NCBI GenBank assembly: GCA_965199825.1
Contig: OZ241329.1
Coordinates: 1,184,001-1,248,000, forward strand
DNA length: 64,000 nucleotides
Source of the DNA: Bdellovibrionales bacterium
Lineage (GTDB): Bacteria; Bdellovibrionota; Bdellovibrionia; Bdellovibrionales; UBA1609
Direction: 5' to 3'
The notes under the pieces are model-generated. The model worked only from the letters and a program-made list of their open reading frames with translations, had not been told where the DNA came from and did not search any database. Shown here in pieces: positions 1-10,521 of this stretch (the stretch's first letter is position 1; each line of letters begins with the position of its first letter). A program made the position numbers and the translations under genes.

Positions 1-248
1 ATTTCGACCAAATCAAGCAGCGACACTTTAGATAAATTTTTAGTCAAAAAATATCCGCCGTAGGCCCCTTGCTCAGACTTTAAAAGACCTCGTTGTGCCA
101 TTGCCTGCATCACTCGTGCGGTCGCATCAAAGGGAGCGCCGGTGAGCTCGACCACTTCTTTTGCGGTGGTGAGTTTCGATTTTCCCTTATCACTCATCAC
201 TCGCAGAGCCATCAGCGCGTATTCAACTTTGCGATTCAGAGGTTTCAT
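1..248 (-). CDS. Rrf2-family transcriptional regulator (partial, runs off window; not in ORF track)
   Basis: Manual translation from ATG 248: MKPLNRKVEYALMALRVM...LLKSEQGAYGGYFL...VSLLDLVE, matching the Rrf2 EYAL and GxxGGY signatures. Confidence 0.85.
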   Translation of the reverse strand, partial: MKPLNRKVEYALMALRVMSDKGKSKLTTAKEVVELTGAPFDATARVMQAMAQRGLLKSEQGAYGGYFLTKNLSKVSLLDLVE

Positions 249-327
249 TTGATTGAAAACTAATTGATTACGCGCAGAATAGCAATTAAATAGGTCTTTT
301 TTTAGCGTAATTCATTTTGAAAAGGTT

Positions 328-1089
328 GTGAGTGTTGTGTTGAGAATTTTTGCAATTTCGATTTCGTCCATTGCAGCAGTTGGTCTTGTGATTTGTATGA
401 TGCGAGTCGCGGGATTAACCACCGGGTATGCGCCCCTTCATCACCCTTTTTCAGATCTTGAGCATCCCATTGTGGCTTTAGGTGGTGATGGTGATCCCCA
501 AGATTCTCTTGAAGCCTACGACCGCGCTCTGGCCTTGGGATCTCAAGTGGTTTTAGGGATTCATGCTAATCGCAGTCTTGATGGAGTGTGGATCGCTTCG
601 ACCAATGATCGACTTCAAGTGGAGAATTATGACGGGAAAACTTTAAAGATCTCGGATGTTGTTCAACGCTACACTGAGCCGGTTTTATACATTGAGGTTC
701 GGGTGCGATTTCCTCAAGTGATGCATGAGCTGGTAAAAGTTCTCGATCCAAAGGACAAAGAAGAACGGTTCGTGATTCACAGCGCGTATGCTACCGCTTC
801 GCGTGAGATTCGAAAAATCAGACCTCTGTGGCTTTATGGATCTGACCCCTCAACCATTGTTCGCTTTTTAACAATGAGCTCCATTTATCTTGAAACGATC
901 ACCGATCTCAAAGCGGACCTTGTGGTTTCCCCAATAGAACTGCGCGGTCGGCCGGTTTTTACTCCCCGGGTAATTCAAGAAATTGAACGGCGACAAAAGT
1001 TGATCATGGTAGAAGAGCCAGAAAATTTTCCGCCTCAAGCATTCGGCGTTGTGACGACAAAGGTCAGGAAGCTGTTGAATTCAAAGTAA
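328..1089 (+). CDS. Glycerophosphodiester phosphodiesterase-like protein, apparently degenerate
   Basis: N-terminal TM segment; ALGG...SLEAYDRAL...SLDGVWI resembles the GDPD N-terminus but lacks the AHRG His. Confidence 0.5.
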   Translation: MSVVLRIFAISISSIAAVGLVICMMRVAGLTTGYAPLHHPFSDLEHPIVALGGDGDPQDSLEAYDRALALGSQVVLGIHANRSLDGVWIASTNDRLQVENYDGKTLKISDVVQRYTEPVLYIEVRVRFPQVMHELVKVLDPKDKEERFVIHSAYATASREIRKIRPLWLYGSDPSTIVRFLTMSSIYLETITDLKADLVVSPIELRGRPVFTPRVIQEIERRQKLIMVEEPENFPPQAFGVVTTKVRKLLNSK

Positions 1090-1105
1090 TTCGTGGTTAG
1101 CCTTT

Positions 1106-1816
1106 TTGGATATGACACCACAGATTGCAATCAACACCGGAATTTTAAATGCCCTTACTTCGGCAAATATTGTCGTCCAACTGACGCTTTTAATTTTAGC
1201 GACACTCTCTGTCCTTTCATGGGCGGTGATTGTTTCTAAACGGCGCCAGTTTAGTCGAACCATATCTGCGAACGAACCGTTTTTGGATAATTTTTGGAAG
1301 GCGGGATCTTTAGAGGAAATTTTTAATACTCTCAAAGAATATCCCACTTCGAATATGGCCAATGTGTTTCGTGCCGGCTATACCGAGCTCAAAAAAATCG
1401 CCGATTCAAAGCTTGCCAAAAACAGTGAGTCGGGACCACTGCTCTCGGGTCTTGATAATTTGGAGCGCGCTTTAAGAAAATCGATCGACAATGAAATCGC
1501 CGAGCTTGAAACCTACCTCCCACTTTTAGCAACCACAGGAAGTACAGGGCCGTTCATTGGATTATTCGGAACGGTTTGGGGAATCATGGGCGCGTTTCAT
1601 AAAATAGGGGCGACAGGGATGGCAAGCCTTGCGGTGGTGGCACCCGGAATTTCTGAAGCCTTGGTTGCAACTGGAGTTGGATTATTCGCCGCCATTCCGG
1701 CAACCGTAGCTTACAACGTCTTTGTGACGAAGCTTCGAAAAGAAGAGATTGCACTTCAAAGTTTTTCTGCCGATTTTTTAAATATCGCTAAACGTAATTT
1801 TTTTCGGGATAACTAA
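1106..1816 (+). CDS. tolQ: Tol-Pal system protein TolQ
   Basis: LATTGSTGPFIGLFGTVWGIM and VAPGISEALVAT motifs; first gene of the tolQRAB run. Confidence 0.93.
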   Translation: MDMTPQIAINTGILNALTSANIVVQLTLLILATLSVLSWAVIVSKRRQFSRTISANEPFLDNFWKAGSLEEIFNTLKEYPTSNMANVFRAGYTELKKIADSKLAKNSESGPLLSGLDNLERALRKSIDNEIAELETYLPLLATTGSTGPFIGLFGTVWGIMGAFHKIGATGMASLAVVAPGISEALVATGVGLFAAIPATVAYNVFVTKLRKEEIALQSFSADFLNIAKRNFFRDN

Positions 1817-2238
1817 TGGCAATGTCGTCGCCCCGAGGTTCGCGGGTTGCATTCAGTGAGATCAATATTACACCCCTTGTAGATGTGATGTTGGTGCTGT
1901 TGATTATTTTTATGGTCACCGCTCCGATGATGCAACAAGGGCTAGATGTCGACTTGCCAGAAACTGCAAGCACCGGTGTTGCTACCAATGACGAGCCTTT
2001 TGTTTTGGTCATCAAGAAAGATCGCGAGATGCGAGCGGGCGAAGCGGTTTTGAATATCGATAACCTTGCCACCAAACTTCAGGCTATTTTTGCGACTCGT
2101 AAAAATAAACAAATTTATATCCAAGCAGACAAACAGGTTGATTACGGTTTTGTTGCTGAAGCCATGGGTGAGATTCGGGCTGCAGGGATTTTTCAGATTG
2201 GATTGATCACCAATCCGAGCACGCGTCATCGTGAATGA
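1816..2238 (+). CDS. tolR: Tol-Pal system protein TolR
   Basis: EINITPLVDVMLVLLIIFMVTAP; IQADKQVDYG. Confidence 0.93.
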   Translation: MAMSSPRGSRVAFSEINITPLVDVMLVLLIIFMVTAPMMQQGLDVDLPETASTGVATNDEPFVLVIKKDREMRAGEAVLNIDNLATKLQAIFATRKNKQIYIQADKQVDYGFVAEAMGEIRAAGIFQIGLITNPSTRHRE

Positions 2239-2917
2239 TTTGGCTTTTCGTAAAGCAATTACGGTTTCGCTTATTGGTCATGCCTTCTTGGTCATTCTTT
2301 TGCTTTGTCGCACTTTCTTTTTGCCTTCGGAGTCGCTGGATCTAAAAAATTCGATTCGTGTCGACATGGTCGGCTTGCCAGATAAAATTCGCTCGCAACC
2401 TGAGGCCTCAGCACCCACTGCGCCCCAACCGGTCAAAATCGCAAAACCCGAAACCCCTAAAGAGGGCATAAAACCCGGGGCTAAAGTTGCTGAAAAAAAA
2501 GCGCTCGATCGATTGAAGGCGATGGAAGCGATCGATAAGTTAAAAACATCTTCGGACGCACCCCAAAAACCAAAAGAGCAGACCTTTAAAGGGAATGTCG
2601 TTAACAGCGGCGATAGTCTTTCGGGTTTGGAGAAGATTCAGTTCAACGAATACTTCACAGCGGTTAAAAATAAACTTCGCGAAAATTTTCATCTGCCCAA
2701 GTGGCTGGTTGATGCCAACCTTCGTGCACAGGCCATGGCACTGATTGATGAAAATGGATTTGTTATTCATCGCGAAATTGTGAAGAGTTCAGGTAACGAT
2801 GTGTTTGACGGAATGATATTGGATAGTATCGATAAGTCATCGCCCTTTACACCGCCCCCGGCTCGATTAAAAACAGTCCTTCAATTTAAAGGCGTGGTTT
2901 TTAACTTTCCAGATTAA
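2231..2917 (+). CDS. tolA: TolA / TonB C-terminal domain protein
   Basis: N-terminal TM with S..H motif, Pro/Lys-rich linker, C-terminal SSGNDVFD...SPFTPPP; lies between tolR and tolB. Confidence 0.8.
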   Translation: MNDLAFRKAITVSLIGHAFLVILLLCRTFFLPSESLDLKNSIRVDMVGLPDKIRSQPEASAPTAPQPVKIAKPETPKEGIKPGAKVAEKKALDRLKAMEAIDKLKTSSDAPQKPKEQTFKGNVVNSGDSLSGLEKIQFNEYFTAVKNKLRENFHLPKWLVDANLRAQAMALIDENGFVIHREIVKSSGNDVFDGMILDSIDKSSPFTPPPARLKTVLQFKGVVFNFPD

Positions 2918-2928
2918 GGAGTTTTTGT

Positions 2929-4269
2929 ATGTTGAGTTTTATCTTTTTATTGAGCGCCGCATTTGCCCAAGAAAAAATCTATATCGATGTGGGCCAAGCC
3001 CAAGTTCGCCAAAGTGTTTTGGCTCTTCCACCGCTTAAATCTCAGGGCAGTGTGAGCGGAGTCGGTAATGATATTTTTAAGGTGATCTCCAATGATCTTG
3101 AAGCCACCGGATTATTTCAAATTTTAAAACCTGAGGCTTTTCTTGAAGACACTGCAGCTACCGGATTAAAGCCTGCTCCTGGCGAGCCCGGCGGTTTTGA
3201 TTTTGCTAAATGGAAGCCTCAGCAAACCGACTTTTTGATTCGGGGTGGATATAAAGTTGATGGGGCAAAGCTCACACTTGAAATGTATATTTACTATGTG
3301 CCGCAAGCCAAATTGTTGCTTGGCCGCACCTACGAGGGCCAAGTGGATATCGCCAGAAAAATGGCTCACACTTACGCCAACGATGTATTAAAAGCCTTAA
3401 CGGGTAAACAAGGAATGTTTTTAACTCGTATTGCAGTCTCGAGTGATCGTGCGGATAAAAAGACCAAAGAAATATTTGTGATGGATTGGGACGGCGAGAA
3501 TATAAAACAAATCTCTCAACATCAGTCGATTGCGATTTCGCCAGCGTGGTCTGAGGATTCAACGAAAGTTGCCTATACCGCTTTTGCCTTTCACAAATCA
3601 GCACAAGTGCGAAACGCCGATGTTTTTGTCTATGAGTTGCTAACAGGCAAAAGATTTTTGGTTTCGTATAAAAAAGGAATCAATTCAGGCGCCTGTTTCG
3701 CTCCAGGGAACACCGACATATTTTTAACAATCTCCACCGAAGGCACGCCTGATATTTATCGCATGAGCCTTGATGGAAAATCCTCAACTTCGATTACTAA
3801 GGGGCCAAACGGGGCGATGAACGTGGAACCTGCGGTTTCGCCAGATGGAAAAAAACTTGCCTTTTCATCCGATCGTTCTGGCAAACCGATGATTTACACC
3901 ATGGATAGCGACGGCAAAAATGCGAAGCGCATCACTTTTGGGGGCAAGTACAATTCCACTCCAACTTGGTCGCCGGATGGAAAAGTGTTGGCCTTTGCAG
4001 GATATGAAAAAGATCATTTCGATATTTTTACCATCAACGTGGATGGCACCGGGCTTAAGCGATTGACCGAAGCCACCCGCATTGACACCAAAAAACCGGC
4101 AACGAATGAAGATCCCACCTTTTCGCCGGATGGGCGGCATGTGATGTTTATTAGCGACCGTACCGGCACTAAGCAGCTTTGGATTGTGAACTCAGACGGC
4201 TCAAATGAGCGACGTATCACAACCGATAAATTTAATTATTTTAAACCCAAATGGTCTAACTTTCCCTAA
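2929..4269 (+). CDS. tolB: Tol-Pal beta-propeller protein TolB
   Basis: Signal peptide, TolB N-domain, repeated PD40 (PxWSPDG) blades. Confidence 0.93.
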   Translation: MLSFIFLLSAAFAQEKIYIDVGQAQVRQSVLALPPLKSQGSVSGVGNDIFKVISNDLEATGLFQILKPEAFLEDTAATGLKPAPGEPGGFDFAKWKPQQTDFLIRGGYKVDGAKLTLEMYIYYVPQAKLLLGRTYEGQVDIARKMAHTYANDVLKALTGKQGMFLTRIAVSSDRADKKTKEIFVMDWDGENIKQISQHQSIAISPAWSEDSTKVAYTAFAFHKSAQVRNADVFVYELLTGKRFLVSYKKGINSGACFAPGNTDIFLTISTEGTPDIYRMSLDGKSSTSITKGPNGAMNVEPAVSPDGKKLAFSSDRSGKPMIYTMDSDGKNAKRITFGGKYNSTPTWSPDGKVLAFAGYEKDHFDIFTINVDGTGLKRLTEATRIDTKKPATNEDPTFSPDGRHVMFISDRTGTKQLWIVNSDGSNERRITTDKFNYFKPKWSNFP

Positions 4270-4281
4270 ACGGAGCTTCAG

Positions 4282-4935
4282 ATGATCACATTTTTTATAG
4301 CAACACTTTTGAGCGTGTCCTTTGCCCAAATCCCGGTTAAAAAAGTCGACACCAAAGAAAAAACCAAAACAGAATCGAAAGGAACTTCAAAAAAAATGTT
4401 TGTTATTTTTGAAATCGAACAAGACGGAAAAAGTTTAGGAAAAATCAAAGCCAAACTCTTTGATAAATATGCACCCAACACGGTGGATAACTTTGTGGGT
4501 CTTGCAGAAGGCACCAAAGAATCCACAATCAAAGATCCCAAGACTGGTAAACCAAGTAAAGCCAAGCGCCATTTTTATGATGGTCTGATTTTTCACCGAG
4601 TGATTCCAGGATTTATGATTCAAGGCGGAGATCCTGAGGGCAAAGGTTATGGCGACCCTGGCTATAAATTTAAAGATGAATTTTCGCCTTATGCCAAACA
4701 TGACAAACCCGGCATGCTCTCGATGGCGAACTCAGGAGCTAACACCAATGGTTCGCAATTTTTTATTACTTTAGACGCGGTTCCGCATCTGGATAATAAA
4801 CATTCTGTGTTTGGTGAGGTCGTTGAAGGCCTTGATGTGGTCAAGGCCATTGCGGCGGTTCCAAGAGATCGATCCAATGATATGCCTAAGTCGCCCGTGA
4901 TTATGAAAAAGCTCACAATCGAGCGAGAAAACTAA
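4282..4935 (+). CDS. Cyclophilin-type peptidyl-prolyl isomerase, exported
   Basis: [37 protein letters not shown]; signal peptide. Confidence 0.95.
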   Translation: MITFFIATLLSVSFAQIPVKKVDTKEKTKTESKGTSKKMFVIFEIEQDGKSLGKIKAKLFDKYAPNTVDNFVGLAEGTKESTIKDPKTGKPSKAKRHFYDGLIFHRVIPGFMIQGGDPEGKGYGDPGYKFKDEFSPYAKHDKPGMLSMANSGANTNGSQFFITLDAVPHLDNKHSVFGEVVEGLDVVKAIAAVPRDRSNDMPKSPVIMKKLTIEREN

Positions 4936-6257
4936 TCCGTCGAAACGCATCCCAATCGGTCATTGCGATATTCGGATTTTGAACTCCAAAATCCAATGAC
5001 CGAGGCAATCACTTCTTTATCGTCATTGGTCCGAACTCTAAAAACGTTCGGATCAAAATGCACCATCTCTCGACAAGCCTGATCACTGAGTCCCGAAACA
5101 TACCGGCAAGAGCAATAAAAATGTGATGTCAGTCGTGAACCCAACTGAACAAGTGAGCTCGAGGTTGTATCCATACTTAATGGATCGGCTTCGTCACGCA
5201 AATCGTAATACTGTTTGGTGGGAGCATTCATCGGTTTTAAGCTTGGCGCGACTTCGGCAACCATCAGTCTTAAAAATTGCGAGATATCAAAATCGTCGTG
5301 TTGATCATCACCAAATCGGACCGCCACCAATTGCATCGAGGGGATCACAATCAAATACTGTCCGCGGAGTCCTACGGCCATATAGGTGTCGCTGGGAATT
5401 TCATTATTCAGCGCGACGGTTGGTTTTCTAAAATGTTTGAGTGGCACAGTGCTATCCGCAAATTCAGATGTCAGTTTAAAATTGGTGTTGGGTGCGGTGA
5501 GGTAATCAATCCAACTTGCCGGTACCAATTGTTTGCCGTCAATTTGACCTTTATTTAAGTAGAATTGGCCGAATTTTAAAAGATCCCTGGCGCTAATATA
5601 AATCAGAGCTCCGCCAACATAAAGCCCCGACATGTCCTGCTCGAAAGTCACTTCGGTGATATTCAAAGGATCAAAAAGATTTTTCCACGGATTTTCGTCG
5701 GGACCCCAAACCGATTTTAGTAAGCCCGTGAGTGCGGTGGAATCTCCGGTTGAATAGCTATAAACAGTTCCATGTTTATTGGCAAAAGGCAGATTTAAAA
5801 AATAGCGAAACATATCAAAGCGCCCGGGGCCCGCAAGCATTTGAGCAACCGTGATTTTGGCTTGATCTGAAGTTTTTGGATTCTCGTTCCACTTGATTCC
5901 ACTCGACCAATTTAACAGATCTTCCACTGTGATTTGGCAGTGTTCATTGGACACCCAATCGGAATGACCCTTACACACGCTATCTTGCAGAGTGATTTGA
6001 CCCTTTTCAATCGCCATTCCGATCATTGTGGCGGTGAAACTTTTGGTAACTGACCAAGCGATATGTCGACTTTCTGGTTTGTAGCCGCGGGCATAACGCT
6101 CAACAAGGGTTTGGCCTCCGCGATTGACGATCAAGGCGTCGGATTGAGCGGCTCCTGAAATTCCATTTCGTGAAAAAACATAGCGCTCCATTTCTGTTTC
6201 GCCAAAAGCAGATGACGTTGCAAAAAAAAGTAGAAAACAAAATATTGATTTTAGCAT
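4932..6257 (-). CDS. Beta-lactamase-family serine hydrolase, exported
   Basis: SxxK (WSVTKS), LLNWSSG, YSYST, GLRGQY; start moved to ATG 6257 at the signal peptide [11 protein letters not shown]. Confidence 0.85.
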   Translation of the reverse strand: MLKSIFCFLLFFATSSAFGETEMERYVFSRNGISGAAQSDALIVNRGGQTLVERYARGYKPESRHIAWSVTKSFTATMIGMAIEKGQITLQDSVCKGHSDWVSNEHCQITVEDLLNWSSGIKWNENPKTSDQAKITVAQMLAGPGRFDMFRYFLNLPFANKHGTVYSYSTGDSTALTGLLKSVWGPDENPWKNLFDPLNITEVTFEQDMSGLYVGGALIYISARDLLKFGQFYLNKGQIDGKQLVPASWIDYLTAPNTNFKLTSEFADSTVPLKHFRKPTVALNNEIPSDTYMAVGLRGQYLIVIPSMQLVAVRFGDDQHDDFDISQFLRLMVAEVAPSLKPMNAPTKQYYDLRDEADPLSMDTTSSSLVQLGSRLTSHFYCSCRYVSGLSDQACREMVHFDPNVFRVRTNDDKEVIASVIGFWSSKSEYRNDRLGCVSTD

Positions 6258-6340
6258 TTTAAAAACCCCCATCCTTAGTGTGAGAGGGACTTTCAAAGGA
6301 TTAAAGCCAAAAAAGTGCGTCACGACTAAAGGCTGGATAT

Positions 6341-6985
6341 TCAGTATATCGCAGCATCTTGAGATAAAATTACGATGTCCAATCGCTCTTCACCTGTGCG
6401 GCTTGAAGAGATCACATCACCCGGCTCAAGTTGAAATGCCGAGATTAAAAAGCGAGCGCTACTTGTCGATCGCAAAGAGCTAATGTCACGATCTGCACCA
6501 TAAACTTCGAGTAGGAGATGGCGATGGAGTGTTTTTACAAAGGCTCCAAACTTGGTAAGAATTTGGGCTCCCGCTTTTGAGAATTTTGCTGTCTGCGGCG
6601 CAAAGACTTTGCTGGCATCAAAGCTAATCCGAACTCCCATTTCTTCAGCTGCGATATCTAGGACCAATGGGCTTTTTTTAAAATGGGTTTCGACAAATTC
6701 TTCGAGATCTCTTTGAAGTTCCGAATCTCCTTGGCGGTAGGAGGGGATGGGGGGCTCGATCGGTGAGTTGAGTTTTTCGGCTTCATTGGTTTGGGCTTTG
6801 CCACTGCCGCTGCCGCCGCTTGCTTTGATTAAATATTTTTTTACCGATTCTTCGAACTCTTTGGTTTTTTGCGAATCTCTTTCAGAGGTCGCATAAAGCA
6901 CCACAAAAAATGCAAATAACAGCGTGATAAAATCGGCGTAAGAAACAAGCCATCGTTCGGAGGGGCCATCTTCTTCTTCGGTCAT
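6341..6985 (-). CDS. motB: Flagellar stator protein MotB-like, with a degenerate C-terminal domain
   Basis: ERWLVSYADFITLLFAFFVVLYA TM motif; overlaps the motA stop. Confidence 0.85.
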   Translation of the reverse strand: MTEEEDGPSERWLVSYADFITLLFAFFVVLYATSERDSQKTKEFEESVKKYLIKASGGSGSGKAQTNEAEKLNSPIEPPIPSYRQGDSELQRDLEEFVETHFKKSPLVLDIAAEEMGVRISFDASKVFAPQTAKFSKAGAQILTKFGAFVKTLHRHLLLEVYGADRDISSLRSTSSARFLISAFQLEPGDVISSSRTGEERLDIVILSQDAAIY

Positions 6986-7734
6986 AGTGGCAACTCGGTG
7001 TATGAGCGCATTTTTTCTTCGATGATATAGGGGTTAAGACCACTTGCGATTCCGATCGCAGCTTCGACAATCATATGTTTGATTTCGGTTTCGATCTTGA
7101 TCGATTTTCTCACTTTATTAGCAATAGGAATAAAAATAAGGTTGGCAGAGCCGACTCCATAAATTGTTGCAACGAATGCAACCGCAATCCCTCGCCCCAG
7201 TGCCGAAGTGTCTGAGAGATTCGACATCACATGAATCAGACCAAGGACGGCTCCCAAAATTCCGACGGTAGGTGCAAAGCCACCGGCATCGTTCCAAACC
7301 TTTACTCCTTGCATGAGGCGTGTTTCGGTCACTTGCATTTCGCTATCGAAAATCTTTTTTAAACTCTCAGCCTCAACTCCATCGATCATGTAGCGAAATA
7401 CATTTTTCATATAGCTCGATGAAAATCCATTGATCTTAGTTTCCAGCGACAAGAGCGATTCTCTGCGTGCGGTTTGAGAGGCAGTTATAAGTTCTTGAGC
7501 AATGCGCTTGCGATCTTTTAAGGCTTGGTTGCGCATGGAGCGTTTAAACAAACGAATTGCTAAACGGACGTCTGGCATTCCGTGCGACATCAAGACCGCA
7601 CCAAAAGTTCCGCCAAACACAATGAGTGCAGCGGTTCCTTGAATGAGCGAGGCAATGTGACCCCCGTCGATAAAATTGCCAAGGAGAATGCCGCCTAGGC
7701 TAAGGGTGAGTCCGAGTACTGTTGCTGCGTCCAT
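6982..7734 (-). CDS. motA: Flagellar stator protein MotA
   Basis: AALIVFGGT, ARRESLLSLE, APTVGILGAVLGLI, AFVATIYG. Confidence 0.93.
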   Translation of the reverse strand: MDAATVLGLTLSLGGILLGNFIDGGHIASLIQGTAALIVFGGTFGAVLMSHGMPDVRLAIRLFKRSMRNQALKDRKRIAQELITASQTARRESLLSLETKINGFSSSYMKNVFRYMIDGVEAESLKKIFDSEMQVTETRLMQGVKVWNDAGGFAPTVGILGAVLGLIHVMSNLSDTSALGRGIAVAFVATIYGVGSANLIFIPIANKVRKSIKIETEIKHMIVEAAIGIASGLNPYIIEEKMRSYTELPL

Positions 7735-7916
7735 GCCGCTCCCAAAAGAGATTTGTATTTAAAAATTTTTGTTTTGATTTCGCTCAATGCTGTTTTGACT
7801 AAAAGAGTTTTGCCATCAAAAAATGTGATCAAACAGTCTGGGCAAGCCTCGACAAAACGAATGTGGTCGGGGTTTACCAAAACCAAATCTCCATTCATGC
7901 GCTCAAGCTCAATCAT
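7695..7916 (-). CDS. flbD: Flagellar FlbD-family protein
   Basis: From ATG 7916: MIELERMNG...VNPDHIRFVEACPDCLITFFDGK; directly upstream of motA. Confidence 0.85.
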   Translation of the reverse strand: MIELERMNGDLVLVNPDHIRFVEACPDCLITFFDGKTLLVKTALSEIKTKIFKYKSLLGAAWTQQQYSDSPLA

Positions 7917-7962
7917 ATAAATACTTTTACACAAGCCTTTAAGCTTGTATATCTGATGCTCT

Positions 7963-8931
7963 ATGAAAGCCTTGGTAACCGGAGCATCAGGATTTGTTGG
8001 AACATGGTTGGTTCGAGCGCTACGCGAGTCAGGGACCAAAGTCCGTGTTCTCAGTCGTGGTCCTATTTCGGTGGGTGACGATGTCGAAGTCTTTCAAGGT
8101 GATATCACAGACCCGCTCAGTACCAGACGTGCGTGCGATGGTATAGATACGGTCTATCATCTTGCTGGAGTTGTGGGTTACTCAAAAAAAATGCGCGCCC
8201 AAATGGAAAAGGTCAATGTCCTCGGCACCAAATGTATGGTGGATGCGGCTCTTGAGGCCAATGTTTCAAAATTTTTGATGATGTCCTCAGTGGTTGCTGT
8301 GGGGGCAAGTTTTGATAAAACAGTTCTAAATGAAGAGTCCCCCTATACCATCGCTCACCTTAATCTTGGATATTTTGAAACTAAACGTGCAGCTGAAATC
8401 TACGTGCGTAAAGCATTTGAAGACAGAGGATTACCTTCTGTCATTGTGAATCCCTCGACCATCTATGGGCCAGGCGATGCAAAAAAAGGGAGTCGCGGAG
8501 TTCAGCTTAAAGTCGCCCGTGGCAAGATCCCGTTTTATACCGGCGGCGGGGTGAGCGTGATCGGAATTGATGAGCTCATTCCTGCGGTCATCGAGGCAGC
8601 CCAACACGGACGGCTTGGAGAACGCTACATTCTCTCGGGCGAAAATATCACCATACAACATTTGTTTGATCTTATCGCCGAGTGTGCGGGCATCAAACCT
8701 CCTTCGATTTATTTGCCCAACCCCGTGGTGCACGCCTTAGGCGCTCTAGGCGAAGGTCTAGAAAAAGTGGGCCTTAAAGGTCCGTTGAACCGCGAAAATG
8801 CATGGACCTCGACTCTGTTTCATTGGTTTGACTGCAGCAAAGCCCAAAAGGAGTTAGGATTAAAATCCAAACCCGCGGGACTTGCGATCGAGGAGAGTGT
8901 CAAATGGATGAAAGACAATAAGCTCATATGA
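7963..8931 (+). CDS. NAD-dependent epimerase/dehydratase (HpnA/dihydroflavonol reductase-like)
   Basis: VTGASGFVG, YxxxK (YFETK), NPSTIYGPGD. Confidence 0.9.
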   Translation: MKALVTGASGFVGTWLVRALRESGTKVRVLSRGPISVGDDVEVFQGDITDPLSTRRACDGIDTVYHLAGVVGYSKKMRAQMEKVNVLGTKCMVDAALEANVSKFLMMSSVVAVGASFDKTVLNEESPYTIAHLNLGYFETKRAAEIYVRKAFEDRGLPSVIVNPSTIYGPGDAKKGSRGVQLKVARGKIPFYTGGGVSVIGIDELIPAVIEAAQHGRLGERYILSGENITIQHLFDLIAECAGIKPPSIYLPNPVVHALGALGEGLEKVGLKGPLNRENAWTSTLFHWFDCSKAQKELGLKSKPAGLAIEESVKWMKDNKLI

Positions 8932-9827
8932 AAATGTTCATCCGATTTTTGCTCGCACTTATTCTTTTACCCATTTCGATTATTGGTCTGTGTGTGGTCG
9001 CAGTTGCACTCGTTGTCCTCATGGCGCCAGATGTGCGCACTCTCAAAGGATGCATGATTACAAACATGCATCATGTGGACTTGTGTCCAAAAAATAAAGA
9101 CTATGTGCCGCTCAAGAACATTTCACGAATTGCAATCGAGGCGGTGCTTGCTTCTGAAGACACCACTTTTTATCAGCATAATGGCTTTGATTGGTTTGAG
9201 ATAAAAAATAGCATTTCAAAAGACATGAACAAAAAGGGTTTTGCTCGAGGCGGCTCGACGATCACTCAGCAATTGGCAAAAAATGTGTTTTTAACCGGCG
9301 AGAAATCTTTGTTGCGCAAAGGGCGCGAAGCTTTTTTGACCTATGAACTCGAGAAAAATTTTAGCAAAGATGAGATTCTCGAAAAGTATTTTAATGTTGT
9401 CGAGCTCGGACCAAATATATTTGGGATTAAACCGGCTGCGGCCTATTATTTTAAAAAAGCACCGAGTGAACTCAATATCCTTGAGGCTACTTTTTTGGCT
9501 TTCTTGTTGCCCAATCCCAAGGGCTATCACAAATCGTTTCGCGACAAAAAACTCACTCCCTTTGCACGCTCTCGCATTGTCGAATTGAGCAGTCGATTAA
9601 TGCATTTTCATAAAACCACACCGGAGATGTATGAGCGTGTGCAAGAACTTGTCGATCGATTTCCTTGGAGCGGCATCACCACTGCCGAGCTTGAGCAAAA
9701 ACCTATTCATGAAGTGAGCGAAGCTCCGGTTGAGGCTGTTGCTCCCTCAACCGAAGAGCAATCAACTGATGAGACGATTCTCGAGGCGCCGCAGCCCCAG
9801 CTCAGTAAAAATCCAACCGATCCCTAG
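8928..9827 (+). CDS. mtgA: Monofunctional peptidoglycan transglycosylase (GT51)
   Basis: ASEDTTFYQHNG, RGGSTITQQLAKN, RKxxE, KDEILEKYFN; no transpeptidase domain. Confidence 0.88.
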   Translation: MKMFIRFLLALILLPISIIGLCVVAVALVVLMAPDVRTLKGCMITNMHHVDLCPKNKDYVPLKNISRIAIEAVLASEDTTFYQHNGFDWFEIKNSISKDMNKKGFARGGSTITQQLAKNVFLTGEKSLLRKGREAFLTYELEKNFSKDEILEKYFNVVELGPNIFGIKPAAAYYFKKAPSELNILEATFLAFLLPNPKGYHKSFRDKKLTPFARSRIVELSSRLMHFHKTTPEMYERVQELVDRFPWSGITTAELEQKPIHEVSEAPVEAVAPSTEEQSTDETILEAPQPQLSKNPTDP

Positions 9828-10520
9828 TAAGACCAAAATATTTATTCCTAAAGTGATATTCCAGTCGTTACTCAAAATCAGACGAACCCCACTGACCGCA
9901 TGAGTGAGCGGCGAGATCCAAATTACTTTTTGAATCACCATGGGTAGAGTTGCGATCGGAAAGTAAGTCCCACTAAAAAAATAGATCGGCATCAGCACCC
10001 CGGTTTGGGTGTAGATAAACCAGTCGTAATTTTTTGCAAAAGTGGTGATCAACAAACCAAAGGCGGCAAAAATCCAGGCTGTGAGAAATGCTAAACACAA
10101 TGCCGGAAATATAGTCCAAGATCCAATGAGTCCCTGAGAAAAAGCGGCAACCGCCACACCAGTGGCACTCAATAAACCTTTGCTCGCCGCCCACCAAATT
10201 TCACCAAAGCCAATATCTCGCGGCATAATGGGCGTGAGCAAAATTGCGGTAAAGGTTTGTTGGTGGGTCAGTTTGGTGTAGCTGCTGTAAGTGGTTTCGT
10301 AAAACGAAACGAGCATACTTGTTGCCATCATCAATGCGGGAAAAAAGAATTCGGCATAAGACATTCCGTTAATCTCGCCGACGTATCCGCCAAGTCCATA
10401 CCCAATCGCATATAAAAAAAGTAAGGGCTCAACAACAACCCACAAAATCGAGACCCAAATGTTATAGCGAAAGTACAAAAAATTTCTGCGCCAGACGCTA
10501 AAAGTTCCACGGCGAAACAT
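9762..10520 (-). CDS. ABC-2 type permease (NodJ-like)
   Basis: Six TM segments, EPLLFLYAIGYGLG, FSGTYFP, PLTHAV. Confidence 0.88.
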   Translation of the reverse strand: MFRRGTFSVWRRNFLYFRYNIWVSILWVVVEPLLFLYAIGYGLGGYVGEINGMSYAEFFFPALMMATSMLVSFYETTYSSYTKLTHQQTFTAILLTPIMPRDIGFGEIWWAASKGLLSATGVAVAAFSQGLIGSWTIFPALCLAFLTAWIFAAFGLLITTFAKNYDWFIYTQTGVLMPIYFFSGTYFPIATLPMVIQKVIWISPLTHAVSGVRLILSNDWNITLGINILVLLGIGWIFTELGLRRLENRLIS

Positions 10521-10521
10521 T

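Noticed and set aside
9762..9827. 66-bp convergent overlap of mtgA and the ABC permease
   Set aside because: It falls in a low-complexity acidic tail; such overlaps are common and uninformative.
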